A stretch of DNA of 64,000 nucleotides from positions 23,684,001 through 23,748,000 of the forward strand of contig OZ024741.1 in NCBI GenBank assembly GCA_964016885.1, written 5' to 3'. The notes under the pieces are model-generated. The model worked only from the letters and a program-made list of their open reading frames with translations, had not been told where the DNA came from and searched no databases. Shown here piece after piece: positions 15,001-30,111 of this stretch (positions within the stretch are counted from its first letter, which is position 1; the number at the start of each line of letters is the position of its first letter). Both the position numbers and the translations under genes were made by a program. The stretch is from Eledone cirrhosa. Taxonomy: Eukaryota.

Positions 15001-18000
15001 CACCAGTCTATCAGAGGGTTAACACTCAGCTGAAGAACAATTCCAACTGGATAGGACACCAGTCTATCACAGGGTTAACACTCAGCTGAAGAACAATTCC
15101 AACTGGATAGGACACCAGTCTATCAGAGGGTTAACACTCAGCTGAAGAACAATTCCAACTGGATAGGACACCAGTCTATCACAGGGTTAACACTCAGCTG
15201 AAGAACAATCCCAAATGGATAGGACACCAGTCTATCACAGGGTTAACACTCAGCTGAAGAACAATTCCAACTGGATAGGACACCAGTCTATCACAGGGTT
15301 AACAGCTAGCTGAAGAACAATCCCAAATGGATAGGACACCAGTCTATCACAGGGTTAGCACTCAGCTGAAGAACAATTCCAACTGGATAGCACACCAGTC
15401 TATCAGAGGGTAACACTCAGCTGAAGAACAGTTCCAACTGGATAGGACACCAGTCTATCAGAGGGTTATCACTCAGCTGAAGAACAATTTCAAATGGATA
15501 GGACACCAGTCTATCAGAGGGTTAACACTCAGCTGAAGAACAATCCCAACTGGATAGGACACCAGTCTATCACAGGGTTAACACTCAGCTGAAGAACAAT
15601 TCCAACTGGATAGGACACCAGTCTATCACAGGGTTAACACACAGCTGAAGAACAATTCCAACTGGATAGGACACCAGTCTATCACAGGGTTAACACTCAG
15701 CTGAAGAACAATTCCAACTGGATAGGACACCAGTCTATCACAGGGTTATCACTCATCTGAAGAACAATTCCAACTGAATAGGACACCAGTCTATCAGAGG
15801 GTTAACACTCAGCTGAAGAACAATTCCAACTGGATAGGACACCAGTCTATCACAGGGTTAACACTCAGCTGAAGAACAATTCCAACTGGATAGGACACCA
15901 GTCTATCAGAGGGTTAACACTCAGCTGAAGAACAATTCCAACTGGATAGGACACCAGTCTATCAGAGGGTTAACACTCAGCTGAAAAACAATTCCAACTG
16001 GATAGGACACCAGTCTATCAGAGGGTTAACACTCAGCTGAAGAACAATTCCAACTGGATAGGACACCAGTCTATCAGAGGGTTAACACACAGCTGAAGAA
16101 CAATTCCAACTGGATAGGACACCAGTCTATCACAGGGTTAACACTCAGCTGAAGAACAATTCCAACTGGATAGGACACCAGTCTATCACAGGGTTAACAC
16201 CTAGCTGAAGAACAATTCCAACTGGATAGGACACCAGTCTATCACAGGGTTAACACTCAGCTGAAGAACAATTCCAACTGGATAGGACACCAGTCTATCA
16301 CAGGGTTAACACTCAGCTGAAGAACAATTCCAACTGGATAGGACACCAGTCTATCACAGGGTTAACACCTAGCTGAAGAACAATCCCAAATGGATAGGAC
16401 ACCAGTCTATCACAGGGTTAACACTCAGCTGAAGAACAATCCCAAATGGATAGGACACCAGTCTATCAGAAGGTTAACACTCAGCTGAAGAACAATTCCA
16501 ACTGGATAGGACACCAGTCTATCACAGGGTTAATACTCAGCTGAAGAATAATTCCAACTGGATAGGACACCAGTCTATCAGAGTGTTAACATCAGCTGAA
16601 GAACAATTCCAACTGGATAGGACACCAGTCTATCACAGGGTTAACACTCAGCTGTAGAACAATTCCAACTGGATAGGACACCAGTCTATCACAGGGTTAA
16701 CACTCAGCTGAAGAACAATTCCAACTGGATAGGACACCAGTCTATCACAGGGTTAACACTCAGCTGAAGAACAATTCCAACTGGATAGGACACCAGTCTA
16801 TCACAGGGTTAACACTCAGCTGAAGAACAATTCCAACTGGATAGGACACCAGTCTATCACAGGTCTAACACCTAGCTGAAGAACAATCCCAAATGGATAG
16901 GAAACCAGTCTATCACAGGGTTAACACCTAGCTGAAGGACAAACCAAATGGATAGGACACCAGTCTATCACAGGGTTAACACTCAGCTGAAGAACAATTC
17001 CAACTGGATAGGACACCAGTCTATCAGAGGGTTAACACTCAGCTGAAGAACAATTCCAACTGGATAGGACACCAGTCTATCAGAGGGTTAACACTCAGCT
17101 GAAGAACAATTCCAACTGGATAGGACACCAGTCTATCACAGGGTTAACACTCAGCTGAAGAACAATTCCAACTGGATAGGACACCAGTCTATCACAGGGT
17201 TAACACTCAGCTGAAGAACAATTCCAACTGGATAGGACACCAGTCTATCACAGGGTTAACACTCAGCTTAAGAACAATTCCAACTGGATAGGACACCAGT
17301 CTATCACAGGGTTAACACTCAGCTGAAGAACAATTCCAACTGGATAGGACACCAGTCTATCACAGGTATAACACCTAGCTGAAGAACAATCCCAAATGGA
17401 TAGGACACCAGTCTATCACAGGGCTAACACCTAGCTGAAGGACAAACCAAATGGATAGGACACCAGTCTATCACAGGGTTAACACTCAGCTGACGAACAA
17501 TCCCAAATGGATAGGACACCAGTCTATCACAGGGTTAACACTCAGCTGAAGAACAATTCCAACTGGATAGGACACCAGTCTATCACAGGGTTAACAGCTA
17601 GCTGAAGAAGAATCCCAAATGGATAGGACACCAGTCTATCACAGGGTTATCACTCAGCTGAAGAACAATCCCAACTGGATAGGACACCAGTCTATCAGAG
17701 GGTAACACTCAGCTGAAGAACAATTCCAACTAGATAGGACACCAGTCTATCAGAGGGTTAACACTCAGCTGAAGAACAATTCCAACTGGATAGGACACCA
17801 GTCTATCACAGGGTTAACACTCAGCTGAAGAACAATTTCAAATGGATAGGACACCAGTCTATCAGAGGGTTAACACTCAGCTGAAGAACAATCCCAACTG
17901 GATAGGACACCAGTCTATCACAGGGTTAACACTCAGCTGAAGAACAATTCCAACTGGATAGGACACCAGTCTATCACAGGGTTAACACACAGCTGAAGAA

Positions 18001-21000
18001 CAATTCCAACTGGATAGGACACCAGTCTATCACAGGGTTAACACTCAGCTGAAGAACAATTCCAACTGGATAGGACACCAGTCTATCACAGGGTTAACCC
18101 ACAGCTGAAGAACAATTCCAATTGGATAGGACACCAGTCTATCACAGGGTTAACCCACAGCTGAAGAACAATTTCAAATGAATAGGACACCAGTCTATCA
18201 GAGCGTTAACACTCAGCTGAAGAACAATCCCAACTGGATAGGACACCAGTCTATCAGAGGGTTATCACTCAGCTGAAGAACAATTCCAACTGGATAGGAC
18301 ACACGTCTATCACAGGGTTAACACTCAGCTGAAGAACAATTCCAACTGGATAGGACACCAGTCTATCAGAGGGTTATCACTCAGCTGAAGAACAATTCCA
18401 ACTGGATAGGACACCAGTCTATCACAGGGTTATCACTCAGCTGAAGAACAATTCCAAATGGATAGGACACCAGTCTATCAGAGGGTTATAACTCAGCTGA
18501 AGAACAATTCCAACTGGATAGGACACCAGTCTATCAGAGGGTTAACACACAGCTGAAGAACAATTCCAACTGGATAGAACACCAGTCTATCACAGGGTTA
18601 ACACTCAGCTGAAGAACAATTCCAACTGGATAGGACACCAGTCTATCACAGGGTTATCACTCAGCTGAAGAACAATTCCAACTGGATAGGACACCAGTCT
18701 ATCAGAGGGTTAACACACAGCTGAAGAACAATTCCAACTGGATAGGACACCAGTCTATCAGAGGGTTAACACACAGCTGAAGAACAATTCCAACTGGATA
18801 GGACACCAGTCTATCACAGGGTTAACACTCAGCTGAAGAACAATTCCAACTGGATAGGACACCAGTCTATCACAGGGTTAACACCTAGCTGAAGAACAAT
18901 TCCAACTGGATAGGACACCAGTCTATCACAGGGTTAACACTCAGCTGAAGAACAATTCCAACTGGATAGGACACCAGTCTATCACAGGGTTAACACTCAG
19001 CTGAAGAACAATTCCAACTGGATAGGACACCAGTCTATCAGAGGGTTAACACTCAGCTGAAGAACAATTCCAACTGGATAGGACACCAGTCTATCACAGG
19101 GTTAACACTCAGCTGAAGAACAATTCCAACTGGATAGGACACCAGTCTATCACAGGGTTAACACCTAGCTGAAGAACAATCCCAAATGGATAGGACACCA
19201 GTCTATCACAGGGTTAACACTCAGCTGAAGAACAATCCCAAATGGATAGGACACCAGTCTATCAGAAGGTTAACACTCAGCTGAAGAACAATTCCAACTG
19301 GATAGGACACCAGTCTATCAGAGTGTTAACACTCAGCTGAAGAACAATTCCAACTGGATAGGACACCAGTCTATCACAGGGTTAACACTCAGCTGAAGAA
19401 CAATTCCAACTGGATAGGACACCAGTCTATCACAGGGTTAACACTCAGCTGAAGAACAATTCCAACTGGATAGGACACCAGTCTATCACAGGGTTAACAC
19501 TCAGCTGAAGAACAATTCCAACTGGATAGGACACCAGTCTATCAGAGGGTTAACACTCAGCTGAAGAACAATTCCAACTGGATAGGACACCAGTCTATCA
19601 CAGGGTTAACACTCAGCTGAAGAACAATTCCAACTGGATAGGACACCAGTCTATCACAGGTCTAACACCTAGCTGAAGAACAATCCCAAATGGATAGGAC
19701 ACCAGTCTATCACAGGGTTAACACCTAGCTGAAGGACAAACCAAATGGATAGGACACCAGTCTATCACAGGGTTAACACTCAGCTGAACAATTCCAACTG
19801 GATAGGACACCAGTCTATCAGAGGGTTAACACACAGCTGAAGAACAATTCCAACTGGATAGGACACCAGTCTATCACAGGGTTAACACTCAGCTGAAGAA
19901 CAATTCCAACTGGATAGGACACCAGTCTATCACAGGGTTAACACCTAGCTGAAGTACAATTCCAACTGGATAGGACACCAGTCTATCACAGGGTTAACAC
20001 TCAGCTGAAGAACAATTCCAACTGGATAGGACACCAGTCTATCACAGGGTTAACACTCAGCTGAAGAACAATTCCAACTGGATAGGACACCAGTCTATCA
20101 GAGGGTTAACACTCAGCTGAAGAACAATTCCAACTGGATAGGACACCAGTCTATCACAGGGTTAACACTCAGCTGAAGAACAATTCCAACTGGATAGGAC
20201 ACCAGTCTATCACAGGGTTAACACCTAGCTGAAGAACAATCCCAAATGGATAGGACACCAGTCTATCACAGGGTTAACACTCAGCTGAAGAACAATCCCA
20301 AATGGATAGGACACCAGTCTATCAGAAGGTTAACACTCAGCTGAAGAACAATTCCAACTGGATAGGACACCAGTCTATCAGAGTGTTAACACTCAGCTGA
20401 AGAACAATTCCAACTGGATAGGACACCAGTCTATCACAGGGTTAACACTCAGCTGAAGAACAATTCCAACTGGATAGGACACCAGTCTATCACAGGGTTA
20501 ACACTCAGCTGAAGAACAATTCCAACTGGATAGGACACCAGTCTATCACAGGGTTAACACTCAGCTGAAGAACAATTCCAACTGGATAGGACACCAGTCT
20601 ATCACAGGTCTAACACCTAGCTGAAGAACAATCCCAAATGGATAGGACACCAGTCTATCACAGGGTTAACACCTAGCTGAAGGACAAACCAAATGGATAG
20701 GACACCAGTCTATCACAGGGTTAACACTCAGCTGAAGAACAATTCCAACTGGATAGGACACCAGTCTATCACAGGTCTAACACCTAGCTGAAGAACAATC
20801 CCAAATTGATAGGACACCAGTCTATCACAGGGTTAACACCTAGCTGAAGAACAATCCCAACTGGATAGGACACCAGTCTATCACAGGGTTAACACTCAGC
20901 TGAAGAACAATTCCAACTGGATAGGACACCAGTCTATCACAGGGTTAACACACAGCTGAAGAACAATTCCAACTGGATAGGACACCAGTCTATCACAGGG

Positions 21001-24000
21001 TTAACACTCAGCTGAAGAACAATTCCAACTGGATAGGACACCAGTCTATCACAGGGTTATCACTCATCTGAAGAACAATTCCAACTGAATAGGACACCAG
21101 TCTATCAGAGGGTTAACACTCAGCTGAAGAACAATTCCAACTGGATAGGACACCAGTCTATCACAGGGTTAACACTCAGCTGAAGAACAATTCCAACTGG
21201 ATAGGACACCAGTCTATCAGAGGGTTAACACTCAGCTGAAGAACAATTCCAACTGGATAGGACACCAGTCTATCAGAGGGTTAACACTCAGCTGAAAAAC
21301 AATTCCAACTGGATAGGACACCAGTCTATCAGAGGGTTAACACTCAGCTGAAGAACAATTCCAACTGGATAGGACACCAGTCTATCAGAGGGTTAACACA
21401 CAGCTGAAGAACAATTCCAACTGGATAGGACACCAGTCTATCACAGGGTTAACACTCAGCTGAAGAACAATTCCAACTGGATAGGACACCAGTCTATCAC
21501 AGGGTTAACACCTAGCTGAAGAACAATTCCAACTGGATAGGACACCAGTCTATCACAGGGTTAACACTCAGCTGAAGAACAATTCCAACTGGATAGGACA
21601 CCAGTCTATCACAGGGTTAACACTCAGCTGAAGAACAATTCCAACTGGATAGGACACCAGTCTATCACAGGGTTAACACCTAGCTGAAGAACAATCCCAA
21701 ATGGATAGGACACCAGTCTATCACAGGGTTAACACTCAGCTGAAGAACAATCCCAAATGGATAGGACACCAGTCTATCAGAAGGTTAACACTCAGCTGAA
21801 GAACAATTCCAACTGGATAGGACACCAGTCTATCACAGGGTTAATACTCAGCTGAAGAATAATTCCAACTGGATAGGACACCAGTCTATCAGAGTGTTAA
21901 CATCAGCTGAAGAACAATTCCAACTGGATAGGACACCAGTCTATCACAGGGTTAACACTCAGCTGTAGAACAATTCCAACTGGATAGGACACCAGTCTAT
22001 CACAGGGTTAACACTCAGCTGAAGAACAATTCCAACTGGATAGGACACCAGTCTATCACAGGGTTAACACTCAGCTGAAGAACAATTCCAACTGGATAGG
22101 ACACCAGTCTATCACAGGGTTAACACTCAGCTGAAGAACAATTCCAACTGGATAGGACACCAGTCTATCACAGGTCTAACACCTAGCTGAAGAACAATCC
22201 CAAATGGATAGGAAACCAGTCTATCACAGGGTTAACACCTAGCTGAAGGACAAACCAAATGGATAGGACACCAGTCTATCACAGGGTTAACACTCAGCTG
22301 AAGAACAATTCCAACTGGATAGGACACCAGTCTATCAGAGGGTTAACACTCAGCTGAAGAACAATTCCAACTGGATAGGACACCAGTCTATCAGAGGGTT
22401 AACACTCAGCTGAAGAACAATTCCAACTGGATAGGACACCAGTCTATCACAGGGTTAACACTCAGCTGAAGAACAATTCCAACTGGATAGGACACCAGTC
22501 TATCACAGGGTTAACACTCAGCTGAAGAACAATTCCAACTGGATAGGACACCAGTCTATCACAGGGTTAACACTCAGCTTAAGAACAATTCCAACTGGAT
22601 AGGACACCAGTCTATCACAGGGTTAACACTCAGCTGAAGAACAATTCCAACTGGATAGGACACCAGTCTATCACAGGTATAACACCTAGCTGAAGAACAA
22701 TCCCAAATGGATAGGACACCAGTCTATCACAGGGCTAACACCTAGCTGAAGGACAAACCAAATGGATAGGACACCAGTCTATCACAGGGTTAACACTCAG
22801 CTGAAGAACAATCCCAAATGGATAGGACACCAGTCTATCACAGGGTTAACACTCAGCTGAAGAACAATTCCAACTGGATAGGACACCAGTCTATCACAGG
22901 GTTAACAGCTAGCTGAAGAACAATCCCAAATGGATAGGACACCAGTCTATCACAGGGTTATCACTCAGCTGAAGAACAATCCCAACTGGATAGGACACCA
23001 GTCTATCAGAGGGTAACACTCAGCTGAAGAACAATTCCAACTAGATAGGACACCAGTCTATCAGAGGGTTAACACTCAGCTGAAGAACAATTCCAACTGG
23101 ATAGGACACCAGTCTATCACAGGGTTAACACTCAGCTGAAGAACAATTTCAAATGGATAGGACACCAGTCTATCAGAGGGTTAACACTCAGCTGAAGAAC
23201 AATCCCAACTGGATAGGACACCAGTCTATCACAGGGTTAACACTCAGCTGAAGAACAATTCCAACTGGATAGGACACCAGTCTATCACAGGGTTAACACA
23301 CAGCTGAAGAACAATTCCAACTGGATAGGACACCAGTCTATCACAGGGTTAACACTCAGCTGAAGAACAATTCCAACTGGATAGGACACCAGTCTATCAC
23401 AGGGTTAACCCACAGCTGAAGAACAATTCCAATTGGATAGGACACCAGTCTATCACAGGGTTAACCCACAGCTGAAGAACAATTTCAAATGAATAGGACA
23501 CCAGTCTATCAGAGCGTTAACACTCAGCTGAAGAACAATCCCAACTGGATAGGACACGAGTCTATCAGAGGGTTATCACTCAGCTGAAGAACAATTCCAA
23601 CTGGATAGGACACACGTCTATCACAGGGTTAACACTCAGCTGAAGAACAATTCCAACTGGATAGGACACCAGTCTATCAGAGGGTTATCACTCAGCTGAA
23701 GAACAATTCCAACTGGATAGGACACCAGTCTATCACAGGGTTATCACTCAGCTGAAGAACAATTCCAAATGGATAGGACACCAGTCTATCAGAGGGTTAT
23801 AACTCAGCTGAAGAACAATTCCAACTGGATAGGACACCAGTCTATCAGAGGGTTAACACACAGCTGAAGAACAATTCCAACTGGATAGAACACCAGTCTA
23901 TCACAGGGTTAACACTCAGCTGAAGAACAATTCCAACTGGATAGGACACCAGTCTATCACAGGGTTATCACTCAGCTGAAGAACAATTCCAACTGGATAG

Positions 24001-27000
24001 GACACCAGTCTATCAGAGGGTTAACACACAGCTGAAGAACAATTCCAACTGGATAGGACACCAGTCTATCAGAGGGTTAACACACAGCTGAAGAACAATT
24101 CCAACTGGATAGGACACCAGTCTATCACAGGGTTAACACTCAGCTGAAGAACAATTCCAACTGGATAGGACACCAGTCTATCACAGGGTTAACACCTAGC
24201 TGAAGAACAATTCCAACTGGATAGGACACCAGTCTATCACAGGGTTAACACTCAGCTGAAGAACAATTCCAACTGGATAGGACACCAGTCTATCACAGGG
24301 TTAACACTCAGCTGAAGAACAATTCCAACTGGATAGGACACCAGTCTATCAGAGGGTTAACACTCAGCTGAAGAACAATTCCAACTGGATAGGACACCAG
24401 TCTATCACAGGGTTAACACTCAGCTGAAGAACAATTCCAACTGGATAGGACACCAGTCTATCACAGGGTTAACACCTAGCTGAAGAACAATCCCAAATGG
24501 ATAGGACACCAGTCTATCACAGGGTTAACACTCAGCTGAAGAACAATCCCAAATGGATAGGACACCAGTCTATCAGAAGGTTAACACTCAGCTGAAGAAC
24601 AATTCCAACTGGATAGGACACCAGTCTATCAGAGTGTTAACACTCAGCTGAAGAACAATTCCAACTGGATAGGACACCAGTCTATCACAGGGTTAACACT
24701 CAGCTGAAGAACAATTCCAACTGGATAGGACACCAGTCTATCACAGGGTTAACACTCAGCTGAAGAACAATTCCAACTGGATAGGACACCAGTCTATCAC
24801 AGGGTTAACACTCAGCTGAAGAACAATTCCAACTGGATAGGACACCAGTCTATCAGAGGGTTAACACTCAGCTGAAGAACAATTCCAACTGGATAGGACA
24901 CCAGTCTATCACAGGGTTAACACTCAGCTGAAGAACAATTCCAACTGGATAGGACACCAGTCTATCACAGGTCTAACACCTAGCTGAAGAACAATCCCAA
25001 ATGGATAGGACACCAGTCTATCACAGGGTTAACACCTAGCTGAAGGACAAACCAAATGGATAGGACACCAGTCTATCACAGGGTTAACACTCAGCTGAAC
25101 AATTCCAACTGGATAGGACACCAGTCTATCAGAGGGTTAACACACAGCTGAAGAACAATTCCAACTGGATAGGACACCAGTCTATCACAGGGTTAACACT
25201 CAGCTGAAGAACAATTCCAACTGGATAGGACACCAGTCTATCACAGGGTTAACACCTAGCTGAAGTACAATTCCAACTGGATAGGACACCAGTCTATCAC
25301 AGGGTTAACACTCAGCTGAAGAACAATTCCAACTGGATAGGACACCAGTCTATCACAGGGTTAACACTCAGCTGAAGAACAATTCCAACTGGATAGGACA
25401 CCAGTCTATCAGAGGGTTAACACTCAGCTGAAGAACAATTCCAACTGGATAGGACACCAGTCTATCACAGGGTTAACACTCAGCTGAAGAACAATTCCAA
25501 CTGGATAGGACACCAGTCTATCACAGGGTTAACACCTAGCTGAAGAACAATCCCAAATGGATAGGACACCAGTCTATCACAGGGTTAACACTCAGCTGAA
25601 GAACAATCCCAAATGGATAGGACACCAGTCTATCAGAAGGTTAACACTCAGCTGAAGAACAATTCCAACTGGATAGGACACCAGTCTATCAGAGTGTTAA
25701 CACTCAGCTGAAGAACAATTCCAACTGGATAGGACACCAGTCTATCACAGGGTTAACACTCAGCTGAAGAACAATTCCAACTGGATAGGACACCAGTCTA
25801 TCACAGGGTTAACACTCAGCTGAAGAACAATTCCAACTGGATAGGACACCAGTCTATCACAGGGTTAACACTCAGCTGAAGAACAATTCCAACTGGATAG
25901 GACACCAGTCTATCACAGGTCTAACACCTAGCTGAAGAACAATCCCAAATGGATAGGACACCAGTCTATCACAGGGTTAACACCTAGCTGAAGGACAAAC
26001 CAAATGGATAGGACACCAGTCTATCACAGGGTTAACACTCAGCTGAAGAACAATTCCAACTGGATAGGACACCAGTCTATCACAGGTCTAACACCTAGCT
26101 GAAGAACAATCCCAAATGGATAGGACACCAGTCTATCACAGGGTTAACACCTAGCTGAAGGACAAACCAAATGGATAGGACACCAGTCTATCACAGGGTT
26201 AACACTCAGCTGAAGAACAATTCCAACTGGATAGGACACCAGTTTATCACAGGGTTAACACTCAGCTGAAGACCAAATTCCAACTGGATAGGACACCAGT
26301 CTATCACAGGGTTAACACCTAGCTGAAGGACAAAGCAAATGGATAGGACACCAGTCTATCACAGGGTTAACACTGGATAGGACACCAGTCTATCACAGGG
26401 TTAACACTCAGCTGAAGAACAATCCCAAATGGATACGACACCAGTCTATCACAGGGTTAACACCTAGCTGAAGGACAAACCAAATGGATAGGACACCAGT
26501 CTATCACAGGGTTAACACTCAGCTGAAGAACAATTCCAACTGGATAGGACACCAGTCTATCACAGGGTTAACACTCAGCTGAAGAACAATTCCAACTGGA
26601 TAGGACACCAGTCTATCACAGGGTTAACACTCAGCTGAAGAACAATCCCAAATGGATAGGACACCAGTCTATCACAGGGTTAACACCTAGCTGAAGGACA
26701 AACCAAATGGATAGGACACCAGTCTATCACAGGGTTAACACTCAGCTGAAGAACAATTCCAACTGGATAGGACACCAGTCTATCACAGGGTTAACACTCA
26801 GCTGAAGAACAATTCCAACTGGATAGGACACCAGTCTATCAGAGGGTTAACACTCAGCTGAAGAACAATTCCAACTGGATAGGACACCAGTCTATCACAG
26901 GGTTAACACTCAGCTGAAGAACAATTCCAACTGGATAGGACACCAGTCTATCAGAGGGTTAACACTCAGCTGAAGAACAATTCCAACTGGATAGGACACC

Positions 27001-27810
27001 AGTCTATCACAGGGTTAACACTCAGCTGAAGAACAATTCCAACTGGATAGGACACCAGTCTATCACAGGGTTAACACCTAGCTGAAGGACAAACCAAATG
27101 GATAGGACACCAGTCTATCACAGGGTTAACACTCAGCTGAAGAACAATTCCAACTGGATAGGACACCAGTCTATCACAGGGTTAACACTGAGCTGAAGAA
27201 CAATCCCAAATGGATACGACACCAGTCTATCACAGGGTTAACACCTAGCTGAAGGACAAACCAAATGGATAGGACACCAGTCTATCAGAGGGTTAACACT
27301 CAGCTGAAGAACAATTCCAACTGGATAGGACACCAGTCTATCACAGGGTTAACACTCAGCTGAAGAACAATTCCAACTGGATAGGACACCAGTCTATCAC
27401 AGGGTTAACACTCAGCTGAAGAACAATCCCAAATGGATAGGACACCAGTCTATCACAGGGTTAACACCTAGCTGAAGGACAAACCAAATGGATAGGACAC
27501 CAGTCTATCACAGGGTTAACACTCAGCTGAAGAACAATTCCAACTGGATAGGACACCAGTCTATCACAGGGTTAACACCTAGCTGAAGAACAATCCCAAA
27601 TGGATAGGACACCAGTCTATCAGAGGGTTAACACACAGCTGAAGACTGATACCCACTGGATAGGACACCAGTCTATCACAGGGTTAACACTCAGCTGAAG
27701 AACAATACAAACTGGATAGGACACCAGTCTATCACAGGGTTAACACACAGCTGAAGACTGATACCCACTGGATAGGACACCAGTCTATCAGAGGGTTAAA
27801 CACTTAGCTG
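1..27810. repeat. 56-bp tandem satellite array, about 497 copies, open at the left window edge
   Basis: Monomer tggataggacaccagtctatca(c/g)agggttaacactcagctgaagaacaattccaac starts at 1, 57, 113 and so on. It repeats without spacers up to ~27810 and contains the palindromes GTTAAC and CAGCTG. Confidence 0.99.
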
Positions 27811-29987
27811 CTGCTGATACTAATTTTAGAATAAATGGGAGAAAGACAGTCTCCCCCACATCGATTCAATAGAGGGACCAGCAATGCAAGTTGAAGGTAG
27901 TATAATACTTTAGTGAATGAAAGATATGAAGACGGGCAAGGCGGCTGGGCCTTCGGAAATAGTTGCTGAAATGCTGAAAGCATCTGGAATGGTGGGACAC
28001 ACCATGGTCACCCGGATAGTAAACCAAGTCATACAGAATGGGGTCGTACCAAAGGACTGGCGTAGCAGCATCATAATTAACTGCTACAAGGGTAAAGGAG
28101 ATGCCCTAGATAGGGGAAACTATAGAGGCATTAAATTAATTGAAGGTCATGAAGGTCACAGAAAAAGTAATAGCGCAACTAATCAGAGAGCGAATTGATC
28201 TAGATCAAATGTAGTTCAGGTTTGTGTCAGGTAAAAGTACCACAGACACTCTTTTCATTGTACGACAACTACAGGAGAAGTACCTAGCTAAAAGTAAACC
28301 CCCTATACTTAGCTTTCGTCGACCTGGAGAAAGCCTTTGACAAAGTCCCGTGCCCCATTATCTGGTGGGCTCTCAGAAAACTAGGTGTTGATGAATGGCT
28401 TGTGAGAGCTATACAAGCTATGTATAAAGAAACAGTCAGCAAGGTTAGAATTAACAACGAATATAGTGAAGAGTTTACCATAAAAGTTGGTGTTCATCAG
28501 GGCTCCGTTCTTAGCCTCCTCCTATTTATTATCACCCTCCAGGCTATAACAGAGGTGTTCAAGACAGGCTGCCCATGGGAACTCCTATACGCAGATGATC
28601 TAACGCTCATAGCTGAATCAATGGCTGAACTAGAGAAGAAATTCCAAACATGGAAGCATGGCCTAGAATCAAAAGGCCTTAAAGTTAACTTGTCTAAGAC
28701 TAAAGTTCTAATATGTAGGAAGGAAAATAGGGCACTGGTCCCATCTGGGAAATGGCCGTGCTCAGTGTGTAGGAAAGGAGTAGGCAGAAACTCCATTTTA
28801 TGTCCCAAATGCAAAGTATGGGTGCATAAAAGATGTAGTGGGATCACAGGTAAGCTATCTAAGAATATAGATTTTATATGTGGCCAGTGTTCTGATGCAA
28901 TAAGTAGCAGCAAGTGCCCACAAAATACTAGCTCATTCCATTGCACAGATGGTTCTATAGAAATAGTGGACACCTTCCGTTACCTGGGTGACAAAATCAG
29001 CAGTGGTGGAGGGTGCTCCGAAAGTACTGTAGCTAGAGTCAGAACGGGATGGAAAAAGTTCAGAGAGCTTATACCACTATTGGCCGCTAAAGGTTTCTCC
29101 CTAAAAATGAAAGGCAGGCTGTATGATTCCTGCATATGAACAGCGATGTTACATGGCAGTGAGACATGGGCCTTGTGTGCAGAGGATCTGCGCAGACTGG
29201 AGAGGAACGAAGCTTGCATGCTCCGTTGGATGTGTAATAGTAATATACGCGAACGGCAAAGCATAAATGAACTAAGTGAGAAATTAGGAATAAGAGGGAT
29301 CAGATGCTGTTTACTCGAGAGAAGACTACGTTGGTATGGTCACGTGATGCGCATGAAAGACAACAGCTGTATAAAAAAGTGCAGGGTGATAAAAATAGAC
29401 GGTAGCTACGGAGTAGGCAGACCCAGAAAAATCTGGGACGACTTGATAAATTCCGACCTCACACACTTACACCTCTCCAAGACAATGTCACTGGACCGAG
29501 ATCTTTGGCGCTACGCAGTAATACAGAAGACCCCGCCTTGCCTAAGTACAAAGAGAAACCTAGTCAGTAGGCACCTCATAACCAAAACACCCCCCCCCCC
29601 CCCCCCCCCCGACCCACTACCCCCCACCCCCATCTACACCACCCCTTTCGATGTAAAGTTATGTTGGTACCACAACATCCAATCCTAAATAAATGACGTC
29701 GTGTAGGTGTCACGACAAAAAAAACACACAGTCCACGCTGTAATGTGGCCGTGTAGGTAAAACGGTAAAAACCTCCCAATCCGCACTGTAAACGTAGTTG
29801 GTGTTAGGAAGGGCATCCGGCCGTAGAAAACCCGCCAGACAGTCCTGAGCAAGACAACCAATCTTGCCTCAAGTGGGACAATTCCTGTCCAGACCCATGC
29901 TAGCGTGGAAGATGGACGTTAAACGATGATGATGATGATGAGTGAACTGAAGCAAAATAGAATAAAGTCTTTTGTTTGAACTCACAA
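27753..29987 (-). mobile_element. Remnant of a V-domain tRNA-derived SINE, split by the RTE insertion (SINE pieces at ~27753-27828 and 29940-29987)
   Basis: 27796-27829 ttaaacacttagctgctgctgatactaattttag aligns with 31230-31264 ttaaacccccaactattgctggtaatcatttccag. 29940-29987 matches 31267-31314 at 33/48 positions without gaps. Confidence 0.75.
27828..29940 (+). mobile_element. 5'-truncated RTE-clade LINE (RT, PHD-type finger, C-terminus, 3'UTR, (GAT)n tail) with frameshifts and stops
   Basis: ORF fragments carry KAAGPSEI, NYRGIKL, GVHQGSVLS, LLYADDL, FRYLGD and LRWYGHVMR. They are collinear with the intact ORF at 37163-40282. The element ends in gacgttaaac(gat)n at ~29915-29940. Confidence 0.95.
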
Positions 29988-30111
29988 TCTTGTTTTTTTT
30001 ATATTTTGTATTTTTTTAGTAGCTAAAATCTATTCAATCTACAAAATCTCACAATGTCATGAAAGGCCATTGACATTATATGAAAATAATTGAGCAGTTC
30101 TGTGTTAATAG

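Noticed and set aside
1-27810. 56-bp array as a CRISPR array or telomeric repeat
   Set aside because: There are no unique spacers, no cas genes and no TTAGGG-type unit, and the context is eukaryotic and intronic.
1-27810. CTGAAGA in every monomer as a hammerhead core (as in satellite-borne ribozymes)
   Set aside because: No downstream GAAA box or stem II on either strand of the consensus monomer.
27827-29966. tagaataaa on both sides of the truncated RTE as a target site duplication
   Set aside because: The right copy is 17 nt from the tail, and the left copy is explained by RTE coding sequence (ENKWE). At most this is microhomology.
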